Part shown: piece by piece, positions 10,831-23,500 of the stretch
Position numbering within the stretch: position 1 is the stretch's first letter
Layout of the letters: each line of letters begins with the position of its first letter
DNA from: Podarcis pityusensis
Lineage: Eukaryota
Assembly (NCBI GenBank): GCA_964106645.2
Contig: OZ067043.1
DNA length: 64,000 bases
Reading direction: 5' to 3' (one strand)
Notes under the pieces: model-generated
Told to the model about the DNA's origin: nothing
The model's database searches: none
Seen by the model: the letters and a program-made list of their open reading frames with translations, nothing else
Translations under genes and position numbers: made by a program

Positions 10831-13800
10831 GTATAACTCCCAAGCAGGAGTCAGTTGGCAGAATATAAAGAGCACCGTGTTCTCCATCGCTGAGTCAACG
10901 TGTGGCAATTTTGTTGTGTTCCGAGAGGCAATCTTAAAAGTGTGATCTTTATGTAGCAGACACAAAGTCTGGCAGTTGAATTTTTCACCTCCTTTCCTCC
11001 ATAACAGCTGCCACGTTTAGGAGCATTAGGAAATAATAGTGTCCAAGGACACATATCAAATACGCTTTCTTTATTTAGTAGAACTTAAGCATTGCAGGGG
11101 GGAAAAGACATATGAAGTTAATGCCATAAAAACCTGAAGTACCAACATTGCAAATCTACAATGTTGATTATCAATACTGAGCTGTGAAACCCTAATTAAA
11201 TCATAATTACCTGAATAAGCAAGGCTAAAATTGGGCATCAGGCAAAAGGTGATATTGGCCTCTGAAATGGAAGAATGGGAGATGCTCAAAGGAATAGATA
11301 TTTATACCCATTTTTGCCTTTGAGGGAGATAATTTTTTCTAACCTTTTTCATTTAATTGAGGACTACAGTCCACAAAATACCCAACTTCAATAAATATCT
11401 ATATTTTTGCTTTTATAAGTATGTTTGTTGTTGATTATGTTGTTCTCGCTCTCTTCTTTTTTCCTGTATCCCTTTGTTTCTTTTAACTGAAATCACCTAA
11501 ATAAAACATAAGTATTAAATTTAAAAAATGAAAGGATTCAATAAATCATGTCCTCAAAATACATTCATTTCAGCTTTGGCAATGGTTTTGATCAAACATA
11601 ATTTACTGTCATCAAAGCATAATAATTTTAGTAGCATCTAAAACAACTACATCAAATACAAACAATTGCTATTTTAAAAAAGTATCTGGATAAGAATTAC
11701 ATGCACATTATTAAAACCTAAATTTTACAGGGATGTGTTTGACTCATATTGGGGCGTACTAAAATTATCAATGTTAAAAATAGCATTTGCTGTGAACACA
11801 GCTTGCTTAACCAATACATAAAGGTGGATTAAGTAAGTCAGGCCAATCAAGGTTTTTTTTATATAATGGGAGACATAATGGTATCGGTTCAAGATAGGGA
11901 ATGGGAAATAGTGATCTACCATTCTGGTATGCAAGTGTGTCCTGTCTCTGAAGGGTGTTATAAAAATAGAAAGATGCCTTATATTCCCATTTCTGTAAGT
12001 TTAGTTGGATTGCATTGGTATAAGGAAAATCAGCCATATGGACTATTGCAGTGTCCTGGAACCAGCCAAAATGAAAATATTTGCCACAAATATATGTGAA
12101 GTTTTTTGAAGAAATATTCCTTTGTATGTGATACCTCACAATACACAATATAATGTTGCAATCCAGCACTGAGCTGGGTACACCGAAGCCTGCTGTTTTC
12201 AGTTATTATGATCAAAATGCACAATGTAAATGTTAAAAATTATATTCATTCATCACTTTAAAAATGATTCTTTTCTAGCTTGAAAATAGAATTTACTTAC
12301 CAGGATAACCTAACTTGCTCAGTTCTTTTTTTGTCCTTCAGTGAAATACGTTGTGCCTATCCTACTTAAGTCATTTCCTTTAGTCATTTCCCCTAAATAC
12401 TAGAAGAGTTCTGGTTTGATGACTAGTGGAAAAGGTGACATTGATCTTGTAAACTCCTAGTTGGGTTTCTTTGACGAGTTTTGAACCTTTGAATCTGTGC
12501 TGTTTTGCTTGTATATATTTCATGCTTGATCAGCATTCCTTTCTCTTTTGGCACAATAAACTAAATTATATGGAAATTTACATCCAGAATTTTTAAAAAC
12601 TCTCTGAAAATGGTGGAGCCAGAAGCTTTGTTAAGTGTGAATGCTGAATTTAAAATACTGTTTTGTTCTGCTCACAGGGACTTCTTAAAATAGAAGTCCC
12701 TGTGAGTTGGGGGGCGGGGAAGCTGCAATGGCCCAAAGTTACCTGTCTCTGCTGCAACACTTTAGCATGGAGTTGCTACTCAAAACTTTTAGTGTAGAAG
12801 GTTCTTGTCACTGCTTTGTTGCAAGACTGGGAATGAAAAGAGAATTTGAAGCATTGATTCTTTTCCACGGTAATGGAATCTGCATTTCAATAGCATTTTC
12901 ATGGGGAGGGGAGAATTCATCACTGTGTCATGCACATTGCATTTTCTGCATCGGCATCATCACTACTGCACATTACAATCACACACATCTTTTCTGGTGC
13001 AAGTGTTCACAGTACAGAAACTGGTTTTCTAGCTCAGGTATGCATAACAAAAGATACTTGTAAATCTAGTTTGTTTGTTCTTCTTATAGTGAAAGTTATA
13101 TCTGTGAAGAAAAATCATAATGTGAGGAGTCCTTCTATCTTAAAAGAGCTGTGGTGTTAATCCTGTCTAGAACCTGACAAAACTGATGGCACACATAAGC
13201 TGCCCACTTGGCCAACATCTAAATGATGTCTGTCTGTTTGCACAATGGGATTTCTAGTTTCTCTTCTCTCCCTGTAAAATCTGCTGAATGGTCCCTGAAT
13301 TCCCCCAGAGCAGATTTGGGGGTTGTGTTTTGGGGGTCCATGGGGAGGAAATGAAGGGAAAGCCCCATTGTGTATGCAGGCACCTACTTCCGCTAAATTA
13401 GATCTCACATTTTGACAAGCAACCCTACTTAGAAAATTTATTTTAACCCTTCAGTGGGTATTGAAAATCTAGAGTATTTTAAGTGAGATAAGGCTTCCTA
13501 ATTTTGATAAAATAACGGAAGGAAGATGAGGATAACACACTTGTGGGGAACTAGAGTAAGTTATATTTTGGATATTGAAAGTGCAGGATAATTTACAAAC
13601 TATTAGTTTATGAGTCTAAAGATAATACAGAATGAAACAACAGTATCCCATCAGTGCAAGGATTGATCCTTGCACGACTGGACTTTCCCGACACACACTC
13701 TACAGACTCTCCAAATCTGCTCTGTAAGGTTGAGGTAACCCTCTAGAATTGGTTTAGGGGGGACAAGCAGAAATTATTGCACAGATAGAATGTTCATATA

Positions 13801-16800
13801 GCACTACGTTGGATACAACCCTTTATTTACAGTACTATCAACATCTGTGAATTTATAATTTCTCTGTGCCAATGCCAATTTAAAAAAACAACCCATTCTT
13901 TTCATTTTTATAAAGAAGATAATCTACGAAATAAAAATATAGGTGGAAGATATAGCAGGGAAAGCAATCTAATTTTCTTTTTGTATTAGTATTTTTTATT
14001 AGCAACAAACTAGTCAGCAGTTGCACATTGTTAACATACCTCACCATTATCACTACTCTGGCTGATAACTTTGCTTATTTCCTTTGCAATACTCGTATGT
14101 GAGAGCTGTGGGTATTATTAATATAGTATAGTTATAACAGAAAGCAGGGAATCTCTTGATCTACAGATTTGATCTAGGTGGCCTTAAAAAAGATCACATT
14201 CAGAGCCTAGCTGTCAGTTTTCAATACTATTGAAAATATTGCTGGTGGATTATTATTTTTTAAAAAAAATGTTTTGTAAATTTAGCACTAGACATTGGCC
14301 TACTAGAGAATGGTAAGAATTTTAAGGTCTGTTCTTGAATGGGAAAAGCTTTAAGCAAAAGAAATGATGGGGTGGCTTGGTTTTTACTACTGTTTACAAT
14401 AGCTAAACTATGTTAACCAGCTGACGAATGAGGAAAAGCTTAACTCACAATGATATCTGAAACCAATATTTCCCATTTTCCTTAGGGTAACCTTCAAAGG
14501 GAGCCTGGGAGATTATATGTCCTCCACCCCACCCCCAGCTGTAGTGGCAATGTTTGCTTCAGTTAACCAAGGTCAAACATTTTTAATGCTGATTTCAAAA
14601 ATCATGTTTTAGCAGCTGTACATTGGCTTGACATGTTCATCAAGCTATCTACCACAAACTCAAGTCCTCATTCCTATTCAGTTACCACCTCCACCAATTC
14701 AGACTCCTTATGTGAAATTTAGAGAGAAAAGTGCCCCAGTTTGCATCAGTTTACGTGACTACATAGTGTTACATTTGCCATTTTACTGCTCATTCACCCA
14801 GTTTAGATAGGTCCTTTCAAAGCTCTTCCTCATTTTTGTTTTAACTATCCAGATCATTTTAGTACCATCAACTCTAAATAATTTATGAACAAGTTAAAAA
14901 GCATAGGTACCAATATCAATCGTTGGGGAATTTGCAGAAATCTGCTTTGGCAAGTGTTAGGACAATAAGTAAGTTGCAATGAACATATGTGGATTTAATA
15001 CATTCACAAGAGTACAATTTTCAGTGAGTAAACCATACTAGTCCTGTTATGAGTATCAGAGTATTTGACTAAACATCACTGGCCCCATTCTTCAAAATGT
15101 TACAGTCTGCTTGGCACTAAAGATCTGTTGTAATTAAGGTCACACAGTGTTGCCTGTATCAGAATACAGAACCCTCTTTGTATCCAGATTTTCACGTGAA
15201 TGACAACTGAATGTCCAAATCTCACTTACAATGAAAGAACTTATATTCTTGTGGAAGCATTGTTGACACCATTACCTGATATTTAGAATGCTTGCTGGAG
15301 AGATGGGGACAGTGTTTAATTTCTAAAGAAAGACATCCAGGGACTCAGACTTATACCATGAGTTTTATGAGCCCTCCTCAACAGAGTGGGAAGGATGAGG
15401 AAACTTGCTTAGTGTGAGCTCAGGGACACTTTTAATGTATTCTAGTGGGTCAGTAGAATTAACTGTTGGCTTCCAAGTTTGAAGGCAATTTGTTGTTCCT
15501 TCTATATCAAGAAAAAGAAGTTTCTGCATGATTGGGGATGCCTGAACAGACCTAGTGTAATAGTGAATATCAGATACACAGTTTGGGTATAGTGGCCAGT
15601 TTCCAAGACATAAGGTAGCATGACGCATGCTCTGGGGCAGTATAAAATATATCTGAGAAATGTGTCAGTCTCATCTTTATCTTGTCTTGTAGCTCACAGA
15701 AGCTTTGTTAAAGGAAAGAGATAAACAAGCAAAGTGGAATGGAATTCCCTTGCTCTTACAGAAGCTGTATGAGAACAGTCATCCCAACAGTGATTTATCC
15801 CAGTGCCAAGGCATCTTAAAGGTAAAGTTTCTTACTGGCAGACTGATGCATGGAGCAGAATCCATTCTCAGTTTCCTCTGATATTTTAAGTCAATTCATA
15901 AGTTACGTGTTAGTCACAGATTCTTTCAGTGGCCCCTCAAATGCATGTGTTTAGCTATTTCCATCCTGTGCATAATTATATGGACTGCTATCAGAGCCCT
16001 CATTTGTTGTCTCCCCCACTCCCAGCTAAACCTCCTCAAAGCTTTAAGCTTTCTTCGTACAGAAGATTCTCCAACCCTTTTTTTTCCAGAAGAGTAAAAA
16101 GGAATTGAGTATCAAGTTCTGCTCATATAAAGTGAATTTCAACAAATGTGTTTCACATATTTACTTAGAAATCATTTCTTTTCCCAATCTTGCATGTTTG
16201 GCATTTCAGACTACATTGATAGAATAATTAAGTTTGTTCTGTTTTCTGATATCACATTTAGCTGCTGATGCAGTGAATTAATCTGTATTTGTATATTTTT
16301 TTATGAAATCGGCTATCTGGTGCTGCAAATTGATGTTTTGAAAATCTCATAAGTACCCTCAGTAACCTTCTGCAACTACTTTGAATAATATGCTTTGATA
16401 TGAAGTATCTCTCAGTACTTGCAACTTTAACTTTTGTTCCCTGCCAGGAGATTTCTCCCCTCCTTTCAATGGAAGCTATGGCATTTGTCACAGAAGAGAG
16501 AAAGACTGCTCAAGAATCCACTTTTCCAAATACATACACATTTGACTTATTTGGAGGAGTTGATGTAAGTGGTTTCTACTTTTTTAAAAAAAATGCTGTA
16601 GCATGTTGTCAAATACAGTAACTAACACATTGAGTGAGGCATTGGTAGTAGGAATAATTAAATACTAATACTCTTGTTCAAGACAATAGTACAGCCATAG
16701 GAAGGTTTGGTTACCCAAGAAAGCCAAATTTAAAATGTAAGGAAGGGATTCTTCATTACAATAGGAATATTGTGTTTTTGGAGACTAAAGTAACTTGGCC

Positions 16801-17524
16801 TTTTGGCTTAGAAAATGAAGGCTTAAGAGAAAACACAATTTCACTCTACAAGTTGAATAAACAGTCACAGGGTGCAACTTTAACCAAGGTTAAAGTTATG
16901 TGATCTTGGTGTGTTTCTTCCATTCTTTTGGATTAGGGGGGTGTAAAGCAGCATGGATTTGCATCACTTTATTGGATGCTAGGAAGGAATCTCCCTCAAT
17001 CAGACTGAGTATCACAAGGAACGGGAATGTTTTCTCTCTAGCAGGAATGACTAACTAGCAGTCCATGGGGTACTTGTAGCATCAAGAGAGGTAAGGATGG
17101 AGCGCACCAATACAGAAAATCAGAAGAAACTTCTAGAGTTGAGAACCTTGGCCCTCTGGGTTTTTTCAGACTACAACCCCACAGTGTTAGAAACTGAGAT
17201 ATGAAAGCTAAATGGCAACTTAAACCTAGGTTATGGGTGCAACAATGGAATATCAAGGTGTGTTCTTTTTATAACAAGAATTCCGAAGCTGAAAATGAAT
17301 GAACTGCAGCTAAAATATTATGTTCATTTTTTACATGGTCTAGTCCTTCACCCGCTCCCCCCATATATTCTTAAGAGGGTCTCTTCTCCAGTCTTCAGAG
17401 AGTAGCTGGAAGTGGGGAGGCAGAAATATGTCCCCCTTTCCTTCTACTCTGCAGTTTTAATCTGAAATCTTAGATGCAGTACTGCACCCAGAGCTCAGAA
17501 ATTGCTCACTCTAGTGAAATTCCC

Positions 17525-17564
<40 letters not shown>

Positions 17565-20500
17565 TTTATTTATATCCCGCCCTCCCCAGCCAAAGCCAGG
17601 CTCAGGGCGGCTAACAACAATCAAATAATCAAACAATCAAATAATCCAACATTCTAAAACATTTCATTATAAAAATTAATTAAAATCAAATTAATGGCAA
17701 CCGTTAATTTGCCTATCACAAAATGTGCCTAGAACAGTGGGAGTTTTGAACACTGCAACTCCAACAATCCTTGATCATGCTTATAATCTGGAGGGCCACA
17801 GGTTCTGCACCCCTGCTGTAAGTGGCCCTAGAAGTGTGTGACTTATTTCACCCAGTATATTTTGAAGTAAGACTCTTCATCAGAGGCACTGCATGTTTTT
17901 TTTGTTGCAAGGTAAATGCATTCTATATTACGCGTCTCATAACCTGACTGGCCAACTGTCCTTCAGCATTTCAAAATGTTTATGGGGCACCCATAATTTC
18001 AGTGCTAAGAAAGTTGAGGGTTGTCATGGCTCAGAAGTGATATTCAATCTTCTTGAGAGTCATAGGATCCTGACGTATATAATTAATACTTAGCCTCTTG
18101 AATCCAGTATATTAAGTACAAAGTGTCTAGTTTCCTTTTGCATATTTCATAACCAAATCTTTAATCTTAATAAAGCTTCCATTTAGTGGGAGGCTGGCTC
18201 TGGCAATGGAACCCCTTGTCAATATATGAGTGGCCGTAATGAATGGGTCTGTGATAGAGCTGACTAAAAGTTGTCTATAAATTAAACACAAGGTCATAGT
18301 TAAAAGCTTGGAGAGCAACATGTCTGTATCTTATAGATAAATTTAGAAAAGCACGTTCTTTTATTACTACAGAATCTTAATAGCTAGCTTGAACTAATAT
18401 TGAAACTAAGCTATTTCACACTAAAATATGGAGCTGCCTACTACATCAAAATCTTTTAAATCCTCTTCCAAGTTCAATCGGAAGTTACAAAAACCTTTTG
18501 TCTGTATAAGCTACAATTTTACAACTAATATGCGCAAAGACTGAGTAGTGATGCTGGTTGATATAACGTCTTGATCAGATAAGCTACAGGCAGCGCAGAT
18601 TTTGCTTTTAAGTAGCCTATAGCTTTTAAAAGTGGCAATGTATTCAACTTCTATGCAGCCTTCACAAGGAGAGGCCACAGGCATATATTATAGAGTCCTG
18701 TCCTCCTTAGTGATAGAGGGGTGGTTCGTGGTCCAGTCCTGTATGTTGTGCTATACAATTGCATCCTGGGCCACTACTGAAAGAATAGACTGGATGCCAG
18801 CCCTGATTCTTGCTCTGGGAAAGCACCAGCTATTGGTGCTACTGTGTCAACTGATAGGGAGGACAGGGTGGCTTCCATAAGATGCAGAAATGTGCAACGG
18901 CCATTTTCAAGGGCAGGAGGTGCCCCATAGTCCTAGAGATAGCTTTGCTACAATTGTCTGGAATGTTTTCTGGGTGACATTGTTTCCTTTTACAATAGTT
19001 GCTTTTGTCTTTTTTAACCCCTTATCAGTCTTATCCCAAGTCTTTCTTTGAAATGGAAAAGAAGGGTAATATAAAAGGGTGTGTGGGGTGAATAAAAGTA
19101 TCCATTCTTTTTAATTCACTTGACTTATATTTATGTAAGTGTGTTACTGTATTGAGTTTTCCCAGTGTGTATATTCAGTAAATATTAGTAAGTATATGTG
19201 TATCTTTAAAATATTAATACATGGCAGGGGGAAAGCTTGCCCTGCAAATGTAAAGATCAGTAGACTATCCATGTCCTCTGCAAATGGCATTGCCTCAGAA
19301 GGGGAGAAATGTTGTGGGAACTTTGCACCAACTTTGCAGCATGCACGAACGTACTTCTCATTCACATTAAAACTATAGTTTCTTTTAAAATGTCATTGCA
19401 TTGCTCTTGAAATATGACTATTGTTTTGAAGAGAAGCATAGTAAAGTAGGACACTGGATGTTTTGTGCAGTACAATAGAGCGGAATTGTCGTTTTTTAAA
19501 GTAGTTTGCTTTAAATTTCAATATAGCCCAAAAATTAGGTGCATTTTTTATTAAAATGCATCTATATAAAGTTATTATGTATCTAATTTTCACAGCTTCT
19601 AGTAGAAATACTTATGAGACCAACTCTTATTACACAAAAGAAGAAGCAGAAAAGTAAGTCAATAATATACTTCCTTCACCAAACCTTGTTTTGTTTCCTT
19701 CTCTTCTCGTGTCCTGATAGAATAATTGGTCACTAAACCAAGTACTGGTGGCAATACTTGTTTGCTAACATTGTGTGTGTGTTTTAATGATGTATGAAAA
19801 TGAAGTTTTACCACACAGTTTCTTAACTTTTATGGTTGCAGAGGTGATAAATGCTGGTAAACCATGTTTGTTTATAGGATTAAATACTGCACAATAAACA
19901 AAGTATATAGGCAGTGAACATAGCACATCCATAAAACATCATTAGACTACTTAATAACATCTAGATAGTGATGCACAATAACCAGTGTTTTAGCGGACCC
20001 GCTCCCCAAACCCTGGAGGCAAGCCCAAGTCTTGTTGGGTAGCAGTAGCCAAATGACCAGAATTAAACACCAACCACTGTCATCACTCCTGTGAGTCCAC
20101 CAGTTTTGGCTAGGAAAATCACAGAGCTTTACAGAACGTCACCTAAGATTTGAGAAACAAAATACTAAGAACCAGATTTTCTGTTCCAACAATACATAAG
20201 CCTCCAGGAAGTTATTCAGTAGCAGTTTGTCTGAGCAGCCAAGTCCATGGATTTAGTTCTAGAAATCTTACTCAGAAGAACGCACAGGAAATAGGTGAAG
20301 TAGATTTCTTAAAAATTAAATTAAAAATAGCTTTTTTTAAAAAATAGACTCCAGTATCCCAGTGAAAGTATAAGAAAAAACCATTGTTAAGACTACAGTT
20401 GTGAATTACAAGACAGGATACAAAGCAACAAAAGCTAGCTTTCTTAGGCTAATACAAACAATATCAGCAAATGGACCAGCGCTGCTTACTTATAATAATA

Positions 20501-23500
20501 GGTACAGAGTTTCACAATCCAGACAAGCTAAATGCCCTTTCATTTAGAAGCAAGGCTAGAATCACGTGGCATATATATAGGCTCATAAGGTAATAAAAGG
20601 AAGTCAAAGTCTCACAGTTTCTTGTTTCATGTGGTGTTCAGAACAGGAATATCACATGATATCTGCAGTATTTCTGTCAGCCATATAAACTTGATGTGAA
20701 CGGATTGCCTACCTGCCCTAATAATAGTTGTCGTTCCTCTGTGTGTTCAACTTCGATCAGATCTCATTTTTATTGGATTTTAGCAGCTGAGATACTTGCT
20801 GGATTTTTTCATTTGGGCTGTTAAATAGTGTGTTGACGTATGTCTTTGTTTGTGGTTGATTGTTCAGGAAGCGTTAATCAGTTTTTTCTATTGCAGTAAG
20901 CGATGACCTCATCAAGGATTGTTTAAGCATATTGTACAACACTTGCATATGTGTAAGTTATATTTTCTGTTCTGTCAATAATTTTTGTTTTGTGATACAG
21001 CTAGGTTTAGGGGATTCTTGGTCTGACAGAGAAAAACATTCAAAGCATTAAATTAATGTTGCATGCTGCAATATTCTTGATGCTAAAATTTCTATTGCAT
21101 TTCACAAATTGCAGTGTAGCAAACCTGTTGCTGCTTGCATTTTGTCTAAACATCTTTTAAATAAGGACTCATTGCTATTTATTGCTGAAGTGTTTTAAGC
21201 CTTAATGCAGTGGCTTGCTGTGGGAATCTTGGTCAGCATTCCCTGTTTAAAACTCTTTTCAGTTATGTATGCTTTTTAAATTTTATTCTGGAACTGTATG
21301 AGTCATTTTATGTTAGTGGTAGTATTTGGACTGGTTTTTTAAAAAAAATAGAAACTTTTTATCAATGTAAAATTAGTGTTGAAAACTAGAGTTGAGTGCA
21401 TGACATTAAATGTTGCATGAAAACAAACCAATAATTCCTGTCATTCACATTACATTTGTATGCATTGACAAGACTATTGGATACTTTACTTAGCTGGTAT
21501 GCACTTTTATACTCACGTCATTTGAGCGGCCTAGCTTTCCCTGTTGAGAATTTATTGCTCTTTTACTTAAAGGCAAAGAAAGCTGGAAAGGTTCAGAATC
21601 CTATGTGGAAGGAAGGCACTTTTCTCCGTTCCTTTTTTAATTTCCACTTTGCTGCCTCCTGGGAGAGCTCTGTTTTTCTATATTATTTTAAAATTATATG
21701 TGATGTTTGTCTCAGCAGTGTTAGCTTTTCCTCATGTGTATATGTGGTTTCTCATTATTGTAGACTGAAGGAGTCACTAAACGATTGGCAGAAAGAAATG
21801 ATTTTGTATTGTTCTTGTTTACATTGATGACAAATAAAAAGACATTCCTGCAAACAGCCACCCTAATAGAAGACATCCTGGGAGTAAAAAAGGTTTGTTG
21901 ATAATGTAGCCTATACCATCATGTTCTCATTTAATCTTGAAAACTCTTTAACAGCTTGTAAGTAGAAGTCCCTTCTCAGTTCAGTAACTGGGGAAAAAAT
22001 ATTGTATCCTAAATGGAAAAAGCCATATTACTTGCTCCTAACCTGTCTTTCCTTTGTAATGTTTAAGAGTATCTTGGCAGCACCTCTCCTAACTGTAAAA
22101 TGAAATTTTGGGAAGGCATCATGTAATAGCAAGGCTGGGTACTTTTTATTGAGCCTGCTGAAGTGAGTCCCCATTATACATCTCTGCATGCACTGCTTTG
22201 ATTACCCCATTCACGCCTTAGCTTTCTGGTCTCAAATAAAGTAATGTTGTGGGTAGCACTATGCCCACTTCTGGATACTGGAATTTACAAAGAAAATGGT
22301 GAAGCAAGTGTGTCCAGAGAATAGTGACTAGGGTGGTGTACAGGGTCTGGAGGGACAGTTGGAAAATGGGTAGGTTTGGTGTGGATAAGAAAAGGTTAAG
22401 GGGAGACATGTCTGCTGCCTTCAAATACCTGAAGGGCTATTGCATGCATTGTTTTTTGTTGTTTGAGAGCTAAGAGCTGTTGGACAGTGGAATGGACTGC
22501 CTTGGGTGGTGGTGGGCTTGCCTTCATTGGAAATAGTTAAGCAGAAGCTGGGCAAGCAGTTGTTGGGGATGCTGTATTTAAGTTCTGCATTGCAGATCCT
22601 TCTTTGATTAGGAAGTTGGATTAGGTGATCTCCAAGGTCTCTTCTGATTCTGAAATTCTGTGATTCAATTTTTTTATCATGAGCTTGGAAATGCATTTAT
22701 TTAGCACTTAAGTTTTATCAGCAGATTTAATTAGATCTCCCTTTTCCCAGTTAAAATAATAGCCGAGGCTTTCAAGAGAGAAAGGGGGGAGTTTTTAAAG
22801 ATGAGACATTATTTCCTGACCCCCAGTATGTTTGCTATTTAAACCGTATTTGGGTTTGCACAGAGACAAATATAGCATAAAGGTAAATGCTATTATTTAT
22901 TTGTAGTACACAAGCTAAAAACTTTGGATGTAACGTTTCATGAAATTTGTACACTTTCAGGAATCTGAGGAGTTTACTTATGTTCTCTAACTTGTGAGAT
23001 TAGTTGTCAGCTATCAATACTTTTCAGCATTGTGCCATTTTAAAAAATTGCTTAGCAAAGAGTAATTTACCAGTTACAATTTTAAAATATGTTCCCAAAG
23101 GTATAATTCATTCAAATTAAAATGAGATACAAGAAATAGAAGGAAAACCAAGAAGCAGGGGACTGCAGCCAGTCTCATTTTATACCCTGCACTCTCATAA
23201 ATGCACAGATGTCCTTGAGACTCTCAGTTTCATTATAAGATAACTCTGCAAAATGTTTAAGCTAGAAGCATATTACAAAACTGTTCTTTTCAATATTCAG
23301 TATTATTATTTTAGCTGCTAGTGCTAAAAGAATTAAATTCTTTTAATTTTCTAGAAGTCCAGAAAGTGGGGAGGTAGCTTCATACCCCCATCTAATTAAA
23401 GAAAAATAATAAATTATTCCTGCAATTAATAATATCCAGCCAATCGGCATGGAACAATATGCAGTTTTGTGGTGAAGTACAGTATAATTTGTGGACTGTT

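Noticed and set aside
9635-11054. Many overlapping long ORFs on both strands (up to 195 aa)
   Set aside because: Stop-codon depletion in the GC-rich CpG island. The only supported coding part is TRPC4AP exon 1 (10053-10217).
11050-12250. AT-rich block with several 60-120 aa ORFs in TRPC4AP intron 1
   Set aside because: No recognisable domain or splice structure. It is probably decayed LINE or transposon sequence, but I could not classify it.
12900-12970. RTGATGA box-C-like motifs on the minus strand
   Set aside because: Antisense to the host intron, and no matching box D or terminal stem was found, so a snoRNA is not supported.
20829-20837. Possible 9-nt microexon (ag|tgtgttgac|gtatgt) before TRPC4AP exon 5
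   Set aside because: The downstream intron would be only 59 nt, below the usual vertebrate minimum.
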